Positions 60,970 through 64,000 of a stretch of DNA of 64,000 nt are shown here, piece after piece; position 1 is the stretch's first letter, and each line of letters begins with the position of its first letter. The position numbers and the translations under genes were made by a program. The notes below the pieces were generated by a model, which saw nothing but the letters and a program-made list of their open reading frames with translations, did no database searches and was not told the DNA's origin. The DNA is taken from positions 227,357 through 291,356 of the forward strand of contig NW_005434619.1 of NCBI RefSeq assembly GCF_000315625.1, written 5' to 3'. Source of the stretch: Guillardia theta CCMP2712. Lineage: Eukaryota > Protista > Cryptophyta.

Positions 60970-61927
60970 CCATGCGCGGTCTGCTCCTCAAGCAACTGTT
61001 CAGGTCCAACAAAATCGTCAGTGAGGTTTGCTTTGCACACAGGAGGTAGATTCCGCAGCCAAATCTTGCAGAGCGTGCAGGAGGGAGGGAGGGATTGCAG
61101 GTCATTGTTGATATCACATCGGAATTCACATCAGGACGAAACGAATTTTCCATCGCAGCGAGCAGAAACGAGTGGGTCGATACAAGGAAAGACGTCAAAT
61201 GATATTGTAAGGTCAAGGATTAAGAGAAAGGCGACGGGCTGAGTGAAAGACAGAGAGGGAAGCATACATGACTGCAAGATAAGAGGAGAAAACGAGAGAA
61301 AGATGGTGAGTGCAAGGGAGTAAGCTGGAGGGGAGGGGAGCAAGCAGAATCGTCAGTACTGAAAGTGAAAGCTGGAAGCGCTCTGGAGGGAGGCATAGAG
61401 ATGGGAGAGCAGAGAAGACAGCTAGCGTCAAGAGGAGGAGAGAATGTCACATATGGTCCAGGAAAGATGACGGAGAAGAGAGAGCTGGCAGGAGCAAGCA
61501 AGCGGGGCAGGGTGAGAGGAAAGAAGACATTTCAGTAGCCATGCCGTTGTTCCCCTTTCCCTTGTCCCCAGGATTGCCTGTACCCATCACTTTGAATCAC
61601 CACCCCTCAATTATAGTACAATATTTTGTTATTTAGTGGGTACTTTACCCCATGAATTCTACACCACCCCTTCCATTCTGATCCGGCTCCTGATTATGCA
61701 AACATTGAGCAGTGGAACAGCTTGATCGAGAAGTAAGAGAGGGGCAGAGCTTCTGAGGTAGGAGGGAAAGGAGGAAGCAGAGAGACGAACACGGGAAAGT
61801 AGAAGCGAGGAGCGAAGAGAAGAGCGAGGGGGGAGAGGAGGGCCAACTGAAAAAAGGGACAACAGGCGATGCCTGGCTGATTCTAAGGAGATTCACCCAA
61901 AACAACCACAGCAAAACTTCTTTGGTT

Positions 61928-63352
61928 ATGATCAAAAGTATGAAGAGCATAATGACGATGCCGAAGACTTCCGTCTCGAACCTCATCTTTGTCATTTCTT
62001 TCACAAACTTAATTTCGGGATTTGGAGGAGCTGCACCAACCAATTCCCTGCTTTTAGCTGGGCAAGGGCTGAGAAGACGACATGTACACGTCAACACACT
62101 TCCAGATGCTCTCCATTGCGATCTCAAGAGGCTAGAAGGATGCATCTTTCTTTCCCTTAGAGGAGGAGGGAAAGGGTAACATCCTTTTTTGTATTTCTCA
62201 TCCTGATACTATCAACGATCTGCAGGAAGGAGAAAGGATCCAAGAAGTCAAAACAAGACTCTAAGGAACCGGATGTGAAAAAATCAAAATCGAAGAAAGA
62301 TGCAGACACGAAAGCAAATAAGCAGAAACCTCAATCAGAGCCTGAAGAGGACTTCGAGCCGCTGATAGATGTAATCGTTTGAGAATCTTGTTTTAGGCGA
62401 GTTATGCGTGCTTTACAGCTCACATGCAAACCCCCGATCATCAGGTTCATCGCCAACGATTCTGACAGCTCACAGGGATCAGAACTCATCGAAGACCTGG
62501 AAGACCTGCCCCCCATGCCGGAACCAGACGGCAATGTCACAGATAGCGCATGGAACACATCAGATTCCTCTGAGTCGACCGAGGGCTCTGTCCAAGGGGT
62601 GAGTGAGAGCCTAAGAGTCTGGGTGATAAGCCGGTGTTGCAAGTTTCTGAGAGGATTCTCTTCTTGCGGAGACTAATCGTGAGCAAAGGAAACCTGGGAG
62701 CGGCTACCAGCTTTCAACGGAACCGATCGGTCTAAAGGCACACTGTCTATCGCGTCGTCTTGACACAAAGATACAGGATCTCGCTGATTGCTTTCCTCAG
62801 AAACAATTCCAGAAACGACACCCCGGCAAGACGGTTTTGGTAGACCGACCGATTTCTTTCTGAAGTTTTCGTGGCAGTTTTATGAGTTTTGCAAGGCGAG
62901 GGAGATCGAGGAGGAGGCGAATGAGGTGATTGGTCACGACTTGAACGCTGCAGGGCTAAGAGAGGGCATCAACAGGTGAAGGTGAAGCAGGAGCTACAAG
63001 TGGAAATGGAGAAACTCGCAGCACAGGCATCAATCTTCATTCTTCTAGTGTGCGCAACGATTCACGGGATGCATTCCTGCAGAGAAGAAGCAGACCGCCA
63101 CCGACCATTGCTCGGCACAATACGAATCCTCCAAAGCCAGCCCAACCCTCTCCAAGCAGGGGAAGCCCTCGCTTTGCCAGCAGGGGATCGCCACGGCCGC
63201 AGAGCAGGGCTCCTCCTGGAAGAGATCGTTTCCAGGAGACAAGTCGCCAGTCATTTCAGGTTGATTCCCTTCTGCTGCATGAAATCCTAACAAAACATGG
63301 TCTCCACCCAGCAGAACAAGAAGCGCAGGTGGTAACATCGATAAATCCATGA
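61928..63352 (+). CDS. Hypothetical multi-exon protein: hydrophobic leader, LSLRGGG, Lys-rich then acidic regions
   Basis: LIFVISFTNLISG leader; LRGG at 62156-62167; short exons separated by ~50-nt introns. Confidence 0.5.
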
Positions 63353-63387
63353 GCAAATGGCAATAAACCACAAAGAATATCCGGAGC

Positions 63388-63867
63388 TTATCTCGAATAT
63401 GATCGATTGAGCCTCCTCCTCTTCTTCCATTTGTGTTTGTTCATCTTCTTCCTCCTTTTCTTGAGAACGCTGGAGGCAAACATGCCTTCCGTGTCCCAGT
63501 TTGGCTCACTCACACCTGCAGCTGTCGGGGAGACCAGATATGTCTGTCCCGCAAGAGAAATAGAAGCGTTCATGTTCTCAGATGGTCTTTCCATGTCTGG
63601 AATGAAGATAAGAGGTTTGGATCCTAGCAGAGTTGGAATGACGGGTGCTTGTTTCAACGCTTCAGACCAGGCCGCATATTTTTCTAGCGGTTGCATGTGC
63701 TTCAAGAGCTCAGGTTGCCCCCAGCGTGCTGCAGGAGGAGGCACGCCAGCAGAAGAGAGGCTCTTGGTGCATGGATTGTGGCTCCACGTACCAAACCCGC
63801 GCAAGTGAAGTTGGCTCGCCCCTCGCTTGGTTGCGCTGCCGGCGCGCAAAAGGGCACGAGACAGCAT
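63388..63867 (-). CDS. Mitochondrial small-subunit protein, mS38/COX24/AURKAIP1-like
   Basis: Mitochondrial presequence MLSRALLRAG..; C-terminal SSVLKKRRKKMNKHKWKKRRR signature. Confidence 0.88.
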   Translation of the reverse strand: MLSRALLRAGSATKRGASQLHLRGFGTWSHNPCTKSLSSAGVPPPAARWGQPELLKHMQPLEKYAAWSEALKQAPVIPTLLGSKPLIFIPDMERPSENMNASISLAGQTYLVSPTAAGVSEPNWDTEGMFASSVLKKRRKKMNKHKWKKRRRLNRSYSR

Positions 63868-64000
63868 TTTGAATTCCAACGCTCACAGCAGAGGTACAAT
63901 GCTCAGGGCTTCGAGGAGAAGAGCAAGGCCCAACAAGGCCAAGCCAGAGGGCAAGGGAAAGAAGGGGCTGTTGGTAACGAGGAGGAGGGAGGGGAGGAGG

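Overview
Gene-dense, intron-rich eukaryotic nuclear DNA with four assembly gaps. Short (~45-55 nt) introns alternate with introns inflated by microsatellites. Gene content, plastid-type leaders and intron style suggest an alga with a secondary plastid, probably a cryptophyte (inference). I spliced about 20 protein genes by eye: kinesin-13, DDX55/SPB4-type DEAD-box helicase, a SAM-domain protein, a large protein ending in an LC8 dynein-light-chain domain, an ankyrin protein, a beta-helix protein, RPL15, a DnaJ-like protein (HPN), an ankyrin/EF-hand/RCC1 locus, a C2 plus zinc-finger protein, an ionotropic glutamate receptor-like channel, an SLC25A44-like carrier, a pepsin-family protease, TTLL9 and an mS38/COX24-like protein. 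The best finding is an apparently circularly permuted, membrane-anchored pepsin-like aspartic protease: its IGTPPQ...DTGS segment and a prosegment-like region lie C-terminal to the DSGT lobe. Other findings are a recurrent hydrophobic leader plus LRGG motif in unrelated genes, two classes of non-coding islands upstream of genes, and a direct-inverted-direct triplication that captured a gene start. Exon boundaries are manual and no database searches were run.
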